This document shows, piece by piece, positions 13,697 to 28,415 of a DNA stretch of 64,000 bases. Every line of letters begins with the position of its first letter. Within the stretch, counting starts at the first letter, position 1. The DNA is from Styela clava (Eukaryota), in contig NC_135264.1 in NCBI RefSeq assembly GCF_964204865.1, positions 12,586,001 through 12,650,000 of the forward strand, in the 5' to 3' direction. The notes under the pieces were generated by a model. That model searched no databases. It saw only the letters and a program-made list of their open reading frames with translations, and was not told the origin of the DNA. The position numbers were made by a program, and so were the translations under genes.

Positions 13697-14814
13697 GTAT
13701 TTATTTATTGTCTGCGTTCCAGAATAGATAAATATAATATAGCTGATTAATGATGATAAAAAAGAAAAGATTTCATATGTTATGACAACGTGTTTGCATA
13801 TTTGCATATTTTCAGAAGTCTTACTCGTTGGAGTCAATGTGTTGTTTACGACTATACCATTCTAATTTTTCTCCACTATAATTGCTTCCTTAGTACTAGC
13901 GATCAGGAGATTAGCAATTCTCGAATATCAAATAAGAGTCTCTGTTTTGTTCTTTTAATATTTTTTTTGAAGAGAATTACTCTCAGCAAGGTCACACACA
14001 AATTGTGAAACTGATCTCTAACCGAAGTTACCAAAGTGCCGAGATTTAAAAGGGTTATTAAAAATTGAAGCGTTGAATTGCTCGTTACCACACCAACTGA
14101 CATGAGACTTAGGGCAATTTATGCGAATACGATCCGAAAAATAGCTATGGAATATTGAATTCCACTTAACTGTAGGTATTGTAAAAAGCTTTAAATTAAA
14201 TTTATTTTGTCTGGTAGGTATACTGACAGTAAGTTCTCATAACTTACAGTCAACCAACGGATAAAAATATTTCTGAGCTACAAGTTCTGAGAGCGAACAG
14301 GAAAAGATTGTAGTCTTCAATAAATATTTAATTTATACAAATTTAGTGAATATTTGAGATATTTACGAAAATTTTAACGATATTTAAAACGGGGACGGTA
14401 TTAATGTTGTTTGCAATTATTGAACGCTTCCATTGACGACGAGACTCGCTTGATAGTACAAAACTATGAATGGCAAGAACTAATAACTTTTACAAGCGTA
14501 CATTATATTTTCTGCTTTTGATTTTTTAGTTATAAAACTCCGCCATTTTGCTGGAGCCCAACCCACACATGCTTACATCGTAAGTGTAGATTTACCATCA
14601 AGGAAATGCGATTATCTACCGACCCGCCTAAAGACGTCCCACTTTCGAGAAAATATACAGTAGACGTCAAAGAATGCAGGTAACATTAATGCGACATCTT
14701 GTGCTTAGTGAATTAGTTTATAACGTGGTTGAAGAATAGGTTGTAGAAAAAAAATTGTTTTATAATATTTGAATTAGTGCATTGAAAACTTGGAACAACT
14801 TTCCACAGAAAATT

Positions 14815-15138
14815 GGGACCTCCAGAAGTATGTGCACCAAGATGGCGCATATCCTGAACATAGATGTGTACCAGGTCAGGGTTCAGGTTGTGCGCCGATA
14901 CTTTAGGAGCGCCGAAAATTGCTAGCAAATTTACGTAAATAGACAAAAGTGATTATTTTAAACAATAGGCGCTTCTGGAGTATGCGTACCAAGATGACAG
15001 ACACGGAACGTAGCATGTGTACCTGGTTAACGTCAGGCCATAATTTTAGGTACAAATACTACGGGAGTCCCTCACCTGGTACACGTACTACGTTCCGGTG
15101 TCCGCCATCTGGGTGGGTACGCATATTTCAGGAGTACC
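14815..15138. mobile_element. Two adjacent MITE family 1 copies/fragments
   Basis: ACCAAGATG(G)C...GTGTACC motifs at about 14837 and 14987; TACTACGTTCCGGTGTCCGCCATCT at about 15086. Confidence 0.65.
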
Positions 15139-15233
15139 AGATTAGGTATACAAATTTTGTAAAAATTCAAGACAAGTCAGTCATGAGGTGGTTCATGACT
15201 GTTCTATACATATGATTTTTACTTGGCACTAAC

Positions 15234-15401
15234 CAGTGGTGGGATTCAAATTTTTTGTCAGCCGGTTTCATCACACAAATGTCATATTTTCAGGCGGTTC
15301 TGTTACAAAAAGTCATGTAATGTTAACCGGTTCGCTGATCTTATAAAATTCCGTGAGACGGTTCTATAGAACCGGTTCGAACTGGCTAAATCCCACTACT
15401 G
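15234..15401. mobile_element. hAT-type MITE family 2 (terminal inverted repeat, TIR, CAGTGGTGGGATT)
   Basis: CAGTGGTGGGATT ... AATCCCACTACTG; reverse-orientation homolog of 20155-20321; TSD degenerate (GCACTAAC/GTACGAAC). Confidence 0.8.
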
Positions 15402-15842
15402 GTACGAACTGACAACTTTTACAAATATTTAGCAATAATTCAATTTAAAAAATATTGACAGAGGAGAACCTGATGGACGACCATGCAGCGAAGGTGGCAC
15501 GTGTTCATGTAGACACGAATTCAAGTGGATTCTGATAGAAACATACGTTATCATACACAACAAATCGCCATTCGGAGAACTCACTCATGCCAAGTCCATG
15601 AAAAGAATCGGTTATGCACGCGTGAGTGATATAAAAGTTGAAGTATTCAGTAAAAAGGGCAAAATGATTGTAAATTTATAATTGTACTTGAATATTATCA
15701 TAATACTATGGATGCCGATTTTAGGTAAAATGAAACAGTTACATATAGATAGATTATACATCATTGATAAATGAATTGATTTATGATTTATGAAATGATT
15801 TATGAAATGAGTTATAAATGTCGGGAATTACCTGTCCTATAA

Positions 15843-16140
15843 TAACAAGAGAGCTATGCTGAAATATATGGATATGTAGCGCCACCTAGTGGCAGATGTC
15901 GATGACGTCATGGCACATAAAAAAACGAATCCCATACAGCTCACCGGAATATTTGAAAAAAACAAAAGAAGTACCCTTTTGGTGAAAAATTTAATCTTTG
16001 AGCCCCGAAAATTTCAAAGCGATTGCTCCAGTAATCAAAGAGAAATGCTGATTTTTTCTGTGACAAAGAACAAGAACAAAAAGGGCGCCAGCATAAAATG
16101 CAAAACGATGGCAATGTCCACTAACGTGTCCAATAATTAG
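15843..16140 (-). repeat. Dispersed ~300-bp repeat family 3 (also at about 59555-59880 and 62630-62925, opposite orientation)
   Basis: Shared motifs ATGCT-AAATATATG, GATGACGTCA and CAATTG-TTC(C)AG in reversed order relative to the two mib1-intron copies. Confidence 0.55.
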
Positions 16141-19100
16141 ATCCCACTTTGGTATTCGATATCAGCGCCGTAAAACTACTTTGATACGTCATATAAATTG
16201 CTCAATGTGATTTCAATCACATACCAAAATGGCACAACAATTGACATGTGTTCAGTCTCATAAAGACATTCTCATAGAATTCAGTTTTTAACCCTAACGT
16301 TGGGTTGGGGTTTAGTTTATTCTAAAATCAGATCGAGACTGCATACAAAAGTTGTATCAACTTGTACACAAAATTTTACAGGTTCCAGATGGATGCAGAT
16401 GTGGAATGAGAAAAGCTGGTCCATATCCATAGTGCCCAGAGATCAAAACGAAAAACTTTTTTGTACAGTAGAGTAGAGCAAGAATGTATCATGTGTCTTG
16501 TATTTATATTCAATTAAAAATACATATAGAGTCTTTTAAATCTGTAATTTTAAAGTATTACTGAAATAGTAATAACATGAATAATATATAGATAGAATAA
16601 TTGGACTTCGAACACACAACTAAATCAATGGGGATCAAAAATCAACACAAGGATATATTGTCGCCACATCACTGGATTACGATTCTACTATGTACGAATT
16701 TTGCATATATGAATTATGGTTGAATCTGTGTATATAGTGGATATAGTTCATACCTCCTTTATCATTTTCGCAGTTGAATTAAATTTAATTCCAAAATAAA
16801 ATACTTCTGAATATATTTTATGTAGTACAAATATAATAGTAAATTATTCAGTATGTTGTATAAAAAAAAGCTTGTTTTTGTTTTGTCGATCGAGTGACAA
16901 AATATTTAGTACTACCACAAAAAAATAAACAATCGAACAAAAAAAAAAATAAACAATCGAAAAGAAGCAAATCTGTGGTTATTTGCGGCGTTTTTCTGCT
17001 GCGAAAGTATTTAGTTTTCTACAAGATTGTTAAATCACTTCCAGCCATACGTCAATGATGAACGAAATAAGCCTTTGCAAATTTGTTAATCACTTCAGTG
17101 CATGATTCGAAAATATTTATCCAAGTATTCCCAAGATCAAGGTTAAATATCTATGATCATAAATGGGAAAAAGTTAGAATCTGTAACTTCTGGGTTTAAA
17201 TATAGACAACCGCTTAGGCTGGGATGTCCATGTTAAATATATTTATAGCAAACTTTCTCGTGTCGTGAGTATGTCGTATAAACTTCGACATTGTATATTT
17301 TCAAATTTTTCAATCATATATCTAATATCATGAATATGCAAGTGTAGCATGGAGATCAACATCTCAATCAATTTTGCATAGAATTAGAGTGCTTCAGAAC
17401 AGGGCCGTTAAAATACTTCATCGTTTTTTCTGTTCGTTTAAACCTCATAACATAATATATAACAAAACTACCATTCTAAAGCTTGCAGATATTTAAAATT
17501 AGAGGTCTGTAAGCTCATGCACATATACAACAATCTGTGTCTATCTATTGCGTTTAATAGTGATTTTACCAGATTGAGTAATAACACATGCAACACACAA
17601 CACAAGATCAGCCTCTACAGTCAACACACTCTTCCCATTCAGCTCATTTCAAAACTCAAAATTATTTTAAATTCAAGAAAGTAAAAATGAAGAATGACAT
17701 AGCAAGTGGGTTAAAACGAAGTCAGCCTCATCAGCTCTCCAGAGCAAAGTTATAAAAAAAAAAAATTTATTGCCATAATATATACTGGATGGCCCTAATC
17801 ATTTTTGTTAAATATCATACTCATTTGTATTAAAAATGGCACAAGCAACATTTGAGACAAAGCTGTATAGTGCCACTATACCGGTACAGATTTACCAAGT
17901 CAAGCAGTTAGGAAGTCGTACTACCGGTATATTTCTATGATTATTAAATTCTGAGTTTCCAATAAATGTGTTTCAGACAATTTCGCCTCACCTGATGTCA
18001 GAATGTCGAGATTGATCATTCAACGTTTTCTTATAATTCATATAAATTTGTTCTTCCTACTTTCTGCAGCATTTTTTCCACTTGACACTTCAGTCATATC
18101 TGCTCAGTTGTCAATGAATTTGATGTCACTTTATATCTGCAACATCGTTTCAATGCATGAATATATATTTACATGGAGTACCTCCGTACCGGTAACCTGT
18201 GTTCAGTTGGATATAGCCTACCGATACAAACTACGGTACCGTATACAGTACAGCAGTACCGGTATCGTTAAGGCGTTTCCCGCTTACAGGTACGGTACCG
18301 GTAATGATCAAATGAAACAACCTATTGTATCATTTTTATTTATCGTACCTGCCTTTCTTATCACTTCATATTGCTGTATTGCGGTATTTACTTTGTAACA
18401 AAGCTTCACGTTGTCCCGCTTCGAGTCATTCAGTTGAATAGGTGCAGCCGTGTGTCTTCACCGAAATATGTGCTGCCATTAATAATTAGTTCAGAAGATC
18501 CCGTGTTCCGCAAAGCCACACAAATGGATTCAAAGTTCACGACGCAAATAGGAACTTCATTACAAATGGTAAAACACACGATTAAAGCAGATAATATCAG
18601 CGCGACGGAATACGACGCTTACCCCAGGACAGCCAAAGCAAGGAGGACGCTGCAATCAACAGCAAGTCGTCACGTATGCAGCGGTGGTTGGAGTCGAGCA
18701 ACAGAATCTGACTATCGGGTGCAATTAGGGCTCAAACTTCACCCGCCAATGCATTGACTACACAAAAAATATAAATACGATATGAAACAATGAAAAATAG
18801 GACGACTTCAGTCTCGCCACATATGGTATTCCGCGTCTACGCGTCGGTCTTGTGGGTCCTTAATATAATTTCTAGTACGGTAAGTGATGATACTTGAATA
18901 ATTCGCACGACACTTATTGTATATATCGCTAGTTTTAATAATCTTAAAATTTCATTTTTCAAAAACTAGATATCATAATATTGTATGTCGCTGGTCGGTA
19001 ACCAGCTATTGTTGTCCGCGATTTTCATCTCCTAGTAGTGGAAAAAATAAACTTGACTTGACAAGGCGGTTATACAAGTATTTTTTTTACTAACTATTGA

Positions 19101-19321
19101 AAATAGGATACATCAATAGGACATATATGACCATAATAAAACCCTTTGGTATTTTAGGCCCAATTAATTCGAATAAGTAATATTTCTAGACATGTGTATA
19201 CATCACTGATTTAGGGCATTCTACATGTTTTTATAACTTTTTGTATGTTTGGCATTCATGACAATCATTATTAGAATTTATTATATTTATCTATTTTTTG
19301 ATGCAGTGAATAAAAAATTAC

Positions 19322-19432
19322 CTTGACTTTGCTTTGCATTCATGTAAAGGTTGTGGCGCCTTATTGTACGGCCATTTTGCAAACGATAAGACTAACAATT
19401 CACAAAAAAAGAGCTACGAATAAAGTCTTCAT
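19322..19432 (-). pseudogene. Inverted paralog of the 13587 exon 1, with a +1 frameshift in a T7 run
   Basis: Reverse strand reads ATG AAG ACT TTA TTC GTA GCT CTT TTT TTG TGA. Removing one T gives MKTLFVALFCELLVLSFAKWPYNKAPQPLHECKAKS followed by AG|GTAATT, clearly homologous to 13587-13696. Confidence 0.55.
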
Positions 19433-20154
19433 CTTTTTTCTATCGCCGAAATATCAAAAAAATGCTTCTTGATATTTGAAACTGTTCTACGTTGATGTTT
19501 TTCTCTATAATTGAATTCGATTAATATCGCGCAAGAGGTTGTTTTTGCTTTCTATAAGCTACTGTTGTTTCTATTTTGCGATTTACTGGATAAATACTTG
19601 CGAATCATACACGATTACATCGAGGTGGTTCCCAAATCTGCTTAAACGAATCTTTATGAATAAAATGCAACAAAACCGCAAAACGTTTATGAGGCTTCAT
19701 AGTTTCCAATATTTACACCTGGTTGGCAACCTAGATGTTTAAAATTTTCGTTGAAAATGCACTTGCGTTGCAAAACCTAATAACAAGATTTGTAGTTTTT
19801 TATTGCACTTTCAGACGAACTTTTTTGATAGTTGAACTGTCCGGATAACTATCGCTACTGTAAATCATTATTAGTTTGTCAGAATGAGCACTCTGCAAAT
19901 ATGATCATGGCCTTCTAGCACGTTTTCAATGGAGTATATTGTACAAAATAAATGACATATATATGTTGGATTCAATTCAATGTATCACATCAATACGGAT
20001 GCGACGGCAAACCATATTGAAAAAGCCTGTAAATATATTCAGTACTGAATTTGTTATAATATAAAAACAAACTACATTTTCATATATTACATGGGTCTAA
20101 CTTATTTTTGACTTTTTACAAACTTATATATGTCGGTACATATTCAGGCACATG

Positions 20155-20321
20155 CAGTGGTGGGATTCAGCCGGTTCGCACCGGTTATATAAAACCGTCT
20201 CACGGAATATAAGATCAGCGAAACGGTTAGCATTACTAAAAAAAAACAAGTGAGAAAACCGGCCGAAAAATATGACTTATGTGATGGAACCGACTGACAA
20301 AAAATTTGAATCCCACCACTG
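20155..20321. mobile_element. hAT-type MITE family 2
   Basis: Perfect TIR CAGTGGTGGGATTCA / TGAATCCCACCACTG flanked by 8-bp TSD GGCACATG. Confidence 0.9.
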
Positions 20322-20751
20322 GGCACATGTACTAAACATTTCTTGGCTCCAGTGATGTGATTACGATTGAGTTGTTAATCAAACGTTGATTTTTTTACGT
20401 CAACATTAAAATACTACATTCTAAAGTATTTACAATCCCGCTGGCCACCCCTGTTAGACCTTGATATTCAAGTTACTCTGTGTTGAATTCTCATACTAAT
20501 GAGAAATAGTACAATGAGGCAGTCTTTGACACCGACAATATATTTTTATGTTTTACAATATGTCATTATCTTGATTACGTCACACCTCTTAAATTCGATA
20601 CCAAAATTAATATAATAAAAATTTGGTTAAGAAAATCAAATTGGATTAACCTTTCAATATGCAATAGTAAAAACACCAGAATATAGTATATCATGCATCT
20701 TGGTTGATACATTTATGAATATGCTTGAAATGTAGTAATCACTTTCTACTC

Positions 20752-23347
20752 TCAGCCGTCTATTTCTCGTTCTAACGCGTATTCGCTCATGAATCTAGTA
20801 CATTTACATCCACCAGGAACCTAAAAAGTTAAAATATTTATTAGAAAAAAATATTATTATTCGGGTCCGAGGTCCAACCTTAGACGGACTTGGTTGTTCT
20901 TTGACGGTCACACTAGACCTGCTCATGCTAAAAGTAATAAATTCGGTACTCCCGAAGTATGTGAACCAAGATGGCGGACACTGGAACGTAGTATGTGTAC
21001 CAGGTTAGGGTTAGCCCATAATTTCAGGCATAAATACTACGGAAGTCCCTTGGGTAGTTCCCGGACTCGTAATAGCACTAAAGTAAGGAAAATTAAAATA
21101 AAATTATGGTCTAACCCTAACATGGTACTCACACTACGTTCCGGTGTCCGCCATCTTGGTTCACATACAATGAGTGTAAAAAAAGATGGCCGAGGTAAAC
21201 TAAGAGCAAACGCATTTTCTTACCCACAACAACGTTAAACCACAGTATTTTCAAGTAATACCTGTCACGAAAGAATATAATGTTAAGCGACATTACAAAA
21301 CCAAACTCGTGAAAAGATACCGAAAATACCATGATATTTATATTTTTTGTAAAGCAATTTTAAAATACCTAAATTCTTTATATAGTTTCCTTGAAAAACT
21401 GATTAGAACGATGAACTCTCATTTTTAATTTAAATTTAAAGTGATTAAACTCGCGATGTTTTGATCACCTTTGGGTTTTATCCGACTGCGGCCAGCGAGA
21501 CCTACTCAAAAGTTTTTGCGGCTTTTCAACCCCGCAACCTTGGAACACTCTATAATATATTTAAAACCGTCGCCTTTTTTACAACGGAAATTGAACAGAA
21601 AATTTATTTTTTTATAAACATAATCAAATGATAATTTTTTTTATAACCGTACTACGAAGTGAGATGTACCAAAACTAAAACACAAGAGGGCGATATTACC
21701 TTAGTTATAACTTGATTAATGGAACTTGTCAATACTTTAAGATTACAAATAAACAGTCACAAATTGAAAACAGGTCGCTTAAACACGTCTATATAAAACA
21801 GTCATATTGAAACCAACTTACCGTGAATTTGACGGTTTGTAGCACTTTCTCCCACAAGTTTGTTTCTTCATTTCGTTGGAAAACCCATGTTTCGATTTTC
21901 TTCGAAATGTATTGGGTTTGGCAGGTACATCTGACTTTTCCGCTTTTTCCACATGCTATTCCAGGCATTCTTAAATAAAACAAATCAGGTATTGATCTTT
22001 TGGTTAAGCATTTCAGTCTTTTGGTTAGTCACTAGGGCATAAGCTTGGAATGTAACATGAGAACTTATTTACATATTTAGCATCAAAAATTACCTATTTC
22101 ATTCCACTATTATTTAATTTAAACTTCTAAAGAATTATATTGGAGTTTGCGCCAAATTAGTAGAATAGTTCAAAATCCCAAAATCTTATTTGAAGTCGCC
22201 TAATAATACTGAATAAAAGAAGTCAACCTACTATATATTTGTATTGTGTCCAATTACTATAAACGAGCGATAAACAAACAATATATACATTACAAAATAG
22301 CATTAAATAAAAAAAATTTGAGCTTCAAAAAGTAAAATTTCAAAATAAAAAGAGAAGTTACATTTCTGTACTCTTATATTGATCATATTTCCAGCCTGAT
22401 ACTTTCTGCCTGAAAACATCTAAACACACATTCAACAAAAATTTGATTTAAACCTAAATGCATTTCAATTTGTTGTGACGGTCAGATTAAAAATTGTCAG
22501 ATGATTGTTAGATTAACTAACAAAACATCAATTTGAAGAAAAATATAGCAACAAATTATTAACAACTTAGTTCAGTTAAAACATTTGTTTTTTGGAGTAA
22601 AACTTCCCCAAACCTGCACTGTTTCCCGATTGTTTTATAGGGAGTTGCTAGTCTCACGGTGGAAAAGGGAGAGATTGAAGTTTGTCCAGGATAAACTATG
22701 AATCTGCAACTCTGTTCCGGACACCTGGACAAAAAAGTCTTATCTACGTAAAGACTCTTTGTAAAGAGACATGTCTTTGTAGAGATGAGTCTAGAATAAA
22801 CAAAATAGTTTTGTTTAGAATTATCATGGTTTATCCTTTTTCAAACAGCTATTTTAGTCATCACTTTTATAATTTACATTCCGCGCAGGTTAACAGCACT
22901 CCTGGGTTGAACCTGGGTTGGGACCAGCTTTGCAGCCGTGAATGTCAATAATTTAATTCATCAAATTGCGGTTCATAGTCTTTGGTCAGTAGTCTTCTCA
23001 AAGCAAAGCAAGCTGAATATTTATATTTGCAAGATCTTTTCTAATAAATTTATATTAATTTGTATACTGATTTATAGTTGGAATTAAACAAATGAGTCTA
23101 GTAAACAATATTTAGCTAGTGAGGCGACATCCTAGAAGCGGTAATAGTCTTGTATTACATTGGCGGAGGTACTGATAGCAAATGCGATTTATGGAAAAAT
23201 GCTTCAACTTAGACAAATAGTTTCTCACCCGTAAATACTTCTTGGTGCACAATTCGGGAAAACAATCGTCTGTAGGTTTTCCAAGTCTTTGCCCGTGCAA
23301 CTCGCCAATACGGCGCTTGCAAAGATAGCAAGAAAGCACTTCATCAT
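20752..23347 (-). CDS. Array gene 4 (inverted), secreted Cys-rich protein, 148 aa. Exons 23347-23229, 22724-22614, 21969-21822, 20820-20752
   Basis: 119+111+148+69=447 nt in frame with GT-AG: MMKCFLAIFASAVLASCTG-KDLENLQTIVFPNCAPRSIYG/CPEQSCRFIVYPGQTSISPFSTVRLATPYKTIGKQCR/MPGIACGKSGKVRCTCQTQYISKKIETWVFQRNEETNLWEKVLQTVKFT/VPGGCKCTRFMSEYALEREIDG*. Confidence 0.85.
20945..21167. mobile_element. MITE family 1 copy in intron 3 of gene 4
   Basis: GTATGTGAACCAAGATGGCGGACAC...GTGTCCGCCATCTTGGTTCACATAC inverted arms. Confidence 0.8.
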
Positions 23348-26300
23348 ATCTTCACAGACTGCATTCAAAATAATGTTTGCGTTTTCGGACCCTAACATTA
23401 TATTTATAGTAGCCCAGTGCCCAAGATGTAAGGCTATGGTCATCATTAGGCTGATTAATTAGGGTATAATAATAAATACCTGTACAAAACATATGCTATA
23501 ATAACAGTGTGTAAAATTTTAATGCATCAGATTATCATAATTAATATTGATGCATGATCTTTTTAAAGATAAATTTAAATATTGTATAATCAAAGGTCGA
23601 GTCTGAAAAATAGAATACTTCGTACCAGGGTCATGCTATAAATTTTAATACTGAATTATAAAATAATAATAAATAATAAACGATCCTAATATGTAATAAA
23701 TCCTACCCCGAGTGTCATTTACTTGTTGTCTACATAATCTTTCAATAAGACAGATACAAGATTGATATTCTACTTTACTTTGATTAGACTTGATTTGGTG
23801 GGAAATTATTACAAAGTTAAACTACATAATAATGTTCAAAATTAAATTGCAAAGTTCGTGTCAAAAGATTAAGTAGGTGTCTCCATCAGCTAAAATTTAT
23901 TCTCGTGTTTTAATTTGTCGTCTTCTCCCCTGGGCATAAACTGTTTTCGCAGACGGAAGCCGTCGACTTGAAATAGAAAAAAGGATGATGAAATTTCAGG
24001 TAATTGTTATCATGGAGTGATATACTATTGTACTACTTTAATATATAAAAAAAATATATGGTAGAAAACAATGCCAGTTTAAAATAAAAACAATAAATTG
24101 AAATGGAATTGAATTGCAAAAGTCACCGAATGAATGATATGTTCCCAACCTTGGCCATCACAATGTCGATGTTGTTTATAAATTCTACAATAACTCGGAT
24201 TTGAATTGTAACTCCAAATTGTAGTGACTCGACTCAACTTAGGACTCTAACTTTAAAATATGCTGGGGGTTGGCCTTGATTCAAAACTCGGATGACTTTA
24301 GACTTGAATCGCGACCGGGGTTTATAAACTTCTACCCAACGCTCTGATAAAAGTTCGAAAAGTTAATCAAGGCACAACTCAACAGCAAAATATTCAAATA
24401 AGATCAATTTTTCATCTGAGCAATGTTTTTCGTATATTCCTCATTACAAGTGCATTCTGTCACATTTGAGTTTTTGGAAGTTTGTGACCTGACATTGACC
24501 GAGTGAAATTGACTAAGCGTGTCAATAAGAATGGAAATTTAAAACGTGTAGTTTTGTGTAGTACGGGTCATTTTAACTCAATATCGTTGATCTTCAGAAA
24601 AAGCACAACTGCAATAATATTTGAGTATTTTTGTTTTGTTTTCTTAGCCTATTGCATGTAAAGTCGTTCCGTTGCTCTCAATTTGCGCGAAATGCTATAT
24701 ATGATTACCATAAGTTTTGTCTACCGCATTTATTCATATTTAGGATAACGATAAACAATATACTTTTTTAAAATGTTCATTTTTGAAAGTAAAAGGTATA
24801 GCAACGAAACAATAAGCTTTCCAACATATGAAAATCCGGCTTGGACGATTCACTGAGCAATTTGGAAAGCTATAATGAGTGGCAGTTATAATTGGGAATT
24901 CTCAAACAATTATTTGAAAGAGATTCTAGATTATTTATTATTAAATATGAAAAGTTATCAATTTCACTGAGAATAGGCAACACTTGTAGTTTCATAAACA
25001 AAAGCAAGAAAACGGTTTCAATTCAACCAATCCATATTTTTTGTTGGGAATCTTATTCTCAACCCCCTTTTCTGATAAAATATCACTAAAACATATTTTA
25101 CAGGCAAGAGTATTAGTTTAAACTAAATTCCTCCAAGTAATCGTATAATAATACCCACAAAGTATATATCAGTTGTAGTTAAAATGTGTCATATGACTAA
25201 AACACCACGGAAATAATTTGATCATTCTAGGGCTGAACATCCATTTTCAAAACTACAAACTACGATCTATATATAAAATAATATTAGCAATATTGTAGCA
25301 AGCATAATAGCAAGTTGTACAAAATTAGGTTTTTTAAGCTAGGCAAGAGTAGATAGGAATGATTCAATATTTATTCGTTATTTCAAATAAAAGAAAACAT
25401 TTATGGAATATATGGAAATGATAGTGAACCGAATATTAAAATTGATTTACTGATATTTTTTATAGTTTGACTTTGAATTTGCCAACTGAAGTGTATTCAA
25501 ACGCGTTACACGAGTTTTTAATGTCATTATAATCATCGCTTCTGAGTAATAACACATTTTGCTGAAAGGCATTTCATTACAAATCCTTGTGGTTATTTTA
25601 TCATGATCTTATTAAGTAATATTTAACATTACTTAATATAAATGAAAATTAATCATTTTATAAAAACCGATAAGTTGAATTTTAGACGCAAGAACTTTAA
25701 TTTGTGTAGGTAGTAAAAACCACTATCTTGTTTGTGATCATCATTGATTACGGAACTTTGGTATAAAGTTTCGATACAGGACGTGCGTTTCTAATGACTA
25801 ATTAGTGTTTTTAGATTTTCAATGTCATTGTCATACAAATAAAAAAGACACAAAATTACTTTTGAAACGTTTTCAGGAAGCAATAAATTATGAATTTATT
25901 AAAATAGTCAAGAAATTAGCCAATAATTGAACTCAATTTTGAGTAAAACTACAAACATCAAATTTCTAACATAGGTATGAAAATATTTATATTGAGTTTG
26001 CTTTTGACTGTACACTACCAAAATAGAATATTTTTACAATAGCAATTAGCATAACAAATGTAGTTCATCAACTGCCATTTTACAATTGTAATCAAAGTAA
26101 TATCATTAAAAAAGTAGAAGGCTTCAATATTAGACTTTTGGCTATTCGTCAGAACATTGTCATTAAATTAGCCATAATTGTGAAATTCAATTTCACGTAT
26201 CTGATGTCTTGGCTCCGTCGACTTGATCTGCTTTAGGTCTCGTATCAGCTACTCTCTACTCACATTTTTTCGCAGTGCTAATAGGGTAACACAGCGATGG

Positions 26301-26871
26301 TTCCATGCAACCTCTTCACCAGTATTTGTTCCACTTCCACCAGTGTGCTATGGACATAGAACCTTTATCGGGAACATTTTTACAATCAGGCATATTAATT
26401 CGTATGCAACTTTTTGAAATACCGGAATATTTATGTTTCGACTTGAGACTAAACTATGCAGTGCGATAACTCACATTAGGTGATCACAATCGTACGTGAT
26501 GTAGCGAGCATTCTCCATGACCTTTGAACCTATCGTTTTAAAAGTCCTCACGCATCACAATAGCATATACTGTATCATTGATTTTTTTTTAATCTAGATA
26601 TGAAACAACAATTATAACAAATATCGAAACACGTGATTCATCGGCTTATAAGAACCCAAAAAGTTATTTCCCACATAATGACTAAGCATGGTATTTATTT
26701 CATATTGAAATTAAATAATAATCGAAGTTTCCAATCTTGTTTTTATATGGTTTTTTGAGTCAGAGCTGGATTTGTATAAAAGAGACTCCACACTGCAAGA
26801 ATTTATCCACTGACTGACTGTATCTTCGTTTCAATACTTTATTGGAAACAATCGTATATCAGACACAGAAA

Positions 26872-28415
26872 ATGAAGTTGATTACTGTTGTCGTGTTGTT
26901 TGGTTTTGTAATCCAAGCATTTGCCCAAGAACCAGCTAAAGCTCAGCCCGAGCCATCGTCTGATGATGAAGAGAATCTATCGATTAAGGGTCTCGTCACG
27001 AGCGATATCGAAGGAGGCGGGGCTCGTCACATAGTTCGCTTTAAACCACCTAAATGCGCTGCTCCTACGTGAGTATTTATTGCATCTAATTTTCATATTT
27101 CCTTTTCATCAGCATGCTGCTTGAACCAACTACACCTGATAAATATACAATGAATTTGAAAATTAGAAAAACCTTTTAAAAGGTGATTTTAGGAAAGGTT
27201 GGATCAAAAAGAATAAGATATAAAAAGTGGCATAACACTTAATATATATTTTTGTTTGAAGATTTTACAAACCACCTAGACAGTGCAAAGGACATTGCTC
27301 GGCGACATATTGCAATCTTATTATCAGAGAAGGATACACCGAATGCAATTACTTGCCTCTTACGCTTGCTAGGGGTATCAAAGTTATAGGAGTCCAATGC
27401 AAGTAAGCAATTTTATTTATTTCCAAGATTTTTCCCATCCATATGAAAAACTATTTTTCACATAAGTGTAATTTTTCCCTATTTGCACTGAGAGTTATCA
27501 ATTACCCAATTTTTTGTGAACCGAAAATCCATTTTATTTGAATGACTGACTCCTCATTTATATTCGTCAGTTTCAAACACAATTTACCACAGTCCAACTA
27601 GTTATTATAAAACCCTGTTACGCTAGCTTCATTAAAGAACTAATAATATATTATAAGATACTCAAATTTCATGATAAATTTGCGAAAAGTTATAAGATCC
27701 CATACGAAAGAATAATTGCATTCCACTATCTGATTGAACCCCCGATTAAATTTTCACTTAATTTTCCAACTCTGATTTTATCTCAATTTAAAACACATCA
27801 CTTTTATTCAGATCTGGATCGAAGTGCGGAGATTACAACCAATGCAAATGTGTGACATTGTTCAAATCTATCAAACTCACACGTCTAATCGTCATGTACA
27901 GCAAAAAGGGATACCGTTCATACTACTTTGCCAAAGTATACATCAGGGTAAGTTTTTTGAAAAGTTTGCACAATTTAATTTCATCCACCACTCTCCAAAC
28001 TGGACCAAAATAATTGTAGAGTATATGAGAGCAATCAAATGCTGAGGTCTTTGGAGATACATAATGTTGTTTTTTTGACAGAAATGTCAGTAGATGGTTG
28101 GAATCTATGAGATCGCCTTAATTTTTAAAGCAATATAGGCAGATTTGATTTGACTTAGGACTAAGATATTTGTCATCTTTTGGAAAAATGACACGGACTA
28201 CTTATTTTTTCTTCGGGACATCAAAAAAAGATTAAAAATAGCTAAATTTAGTGAATTGTATATACTGATTTAACTCTATTTTAGTAATCATGAGCTTGTA
28301 ATCTTTGTCATGCAAGTGTTTTATATTTAAATTATATTTTATAATGAACGCCAGATCATAACTCCAAAATATCATTTTACAGGTGCCATACACTTGCCAG
28401 TGCAGCAAGTATTAG
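26872..28415 (+). CDS. Array gene 5, secreted Cys-rich protein, 168 aa. Exons 26872-27068, 27262-27402, 27812-27947, 28383-28415
   Basis: 197+141+136+33=507 nt: MKLITVVVLFGFVIQAFA-QEPAK...GGGARHIVRFKPPKCAAPT/FYKPPRQCKGHCSATYCNLIIREGYTECNYLPLTLARGIKVIGVQCK/SGSKCGDYNQCKCVTLFKSIKLTRLIVMYSKKGYRSYYFAKVYIR/VPYTCQCSKY*. TATAAAA about 26776. Confidence 0.88.

Noticed and set aside
18003-18757. 131-aa and 128-aa ORFs, and an exon-like minus-strand segment at 18137-17991
   Set aside because: No recognisable protein features, partly low-complexity, and the exon-like segment has stops in the frames tested.
20894-21238. ORFs sharing 'CEPRWRT.ERSMCT' (also 14949 and 43400)
   Set aside because: Chance translations of MITE family 1, not a gene family.
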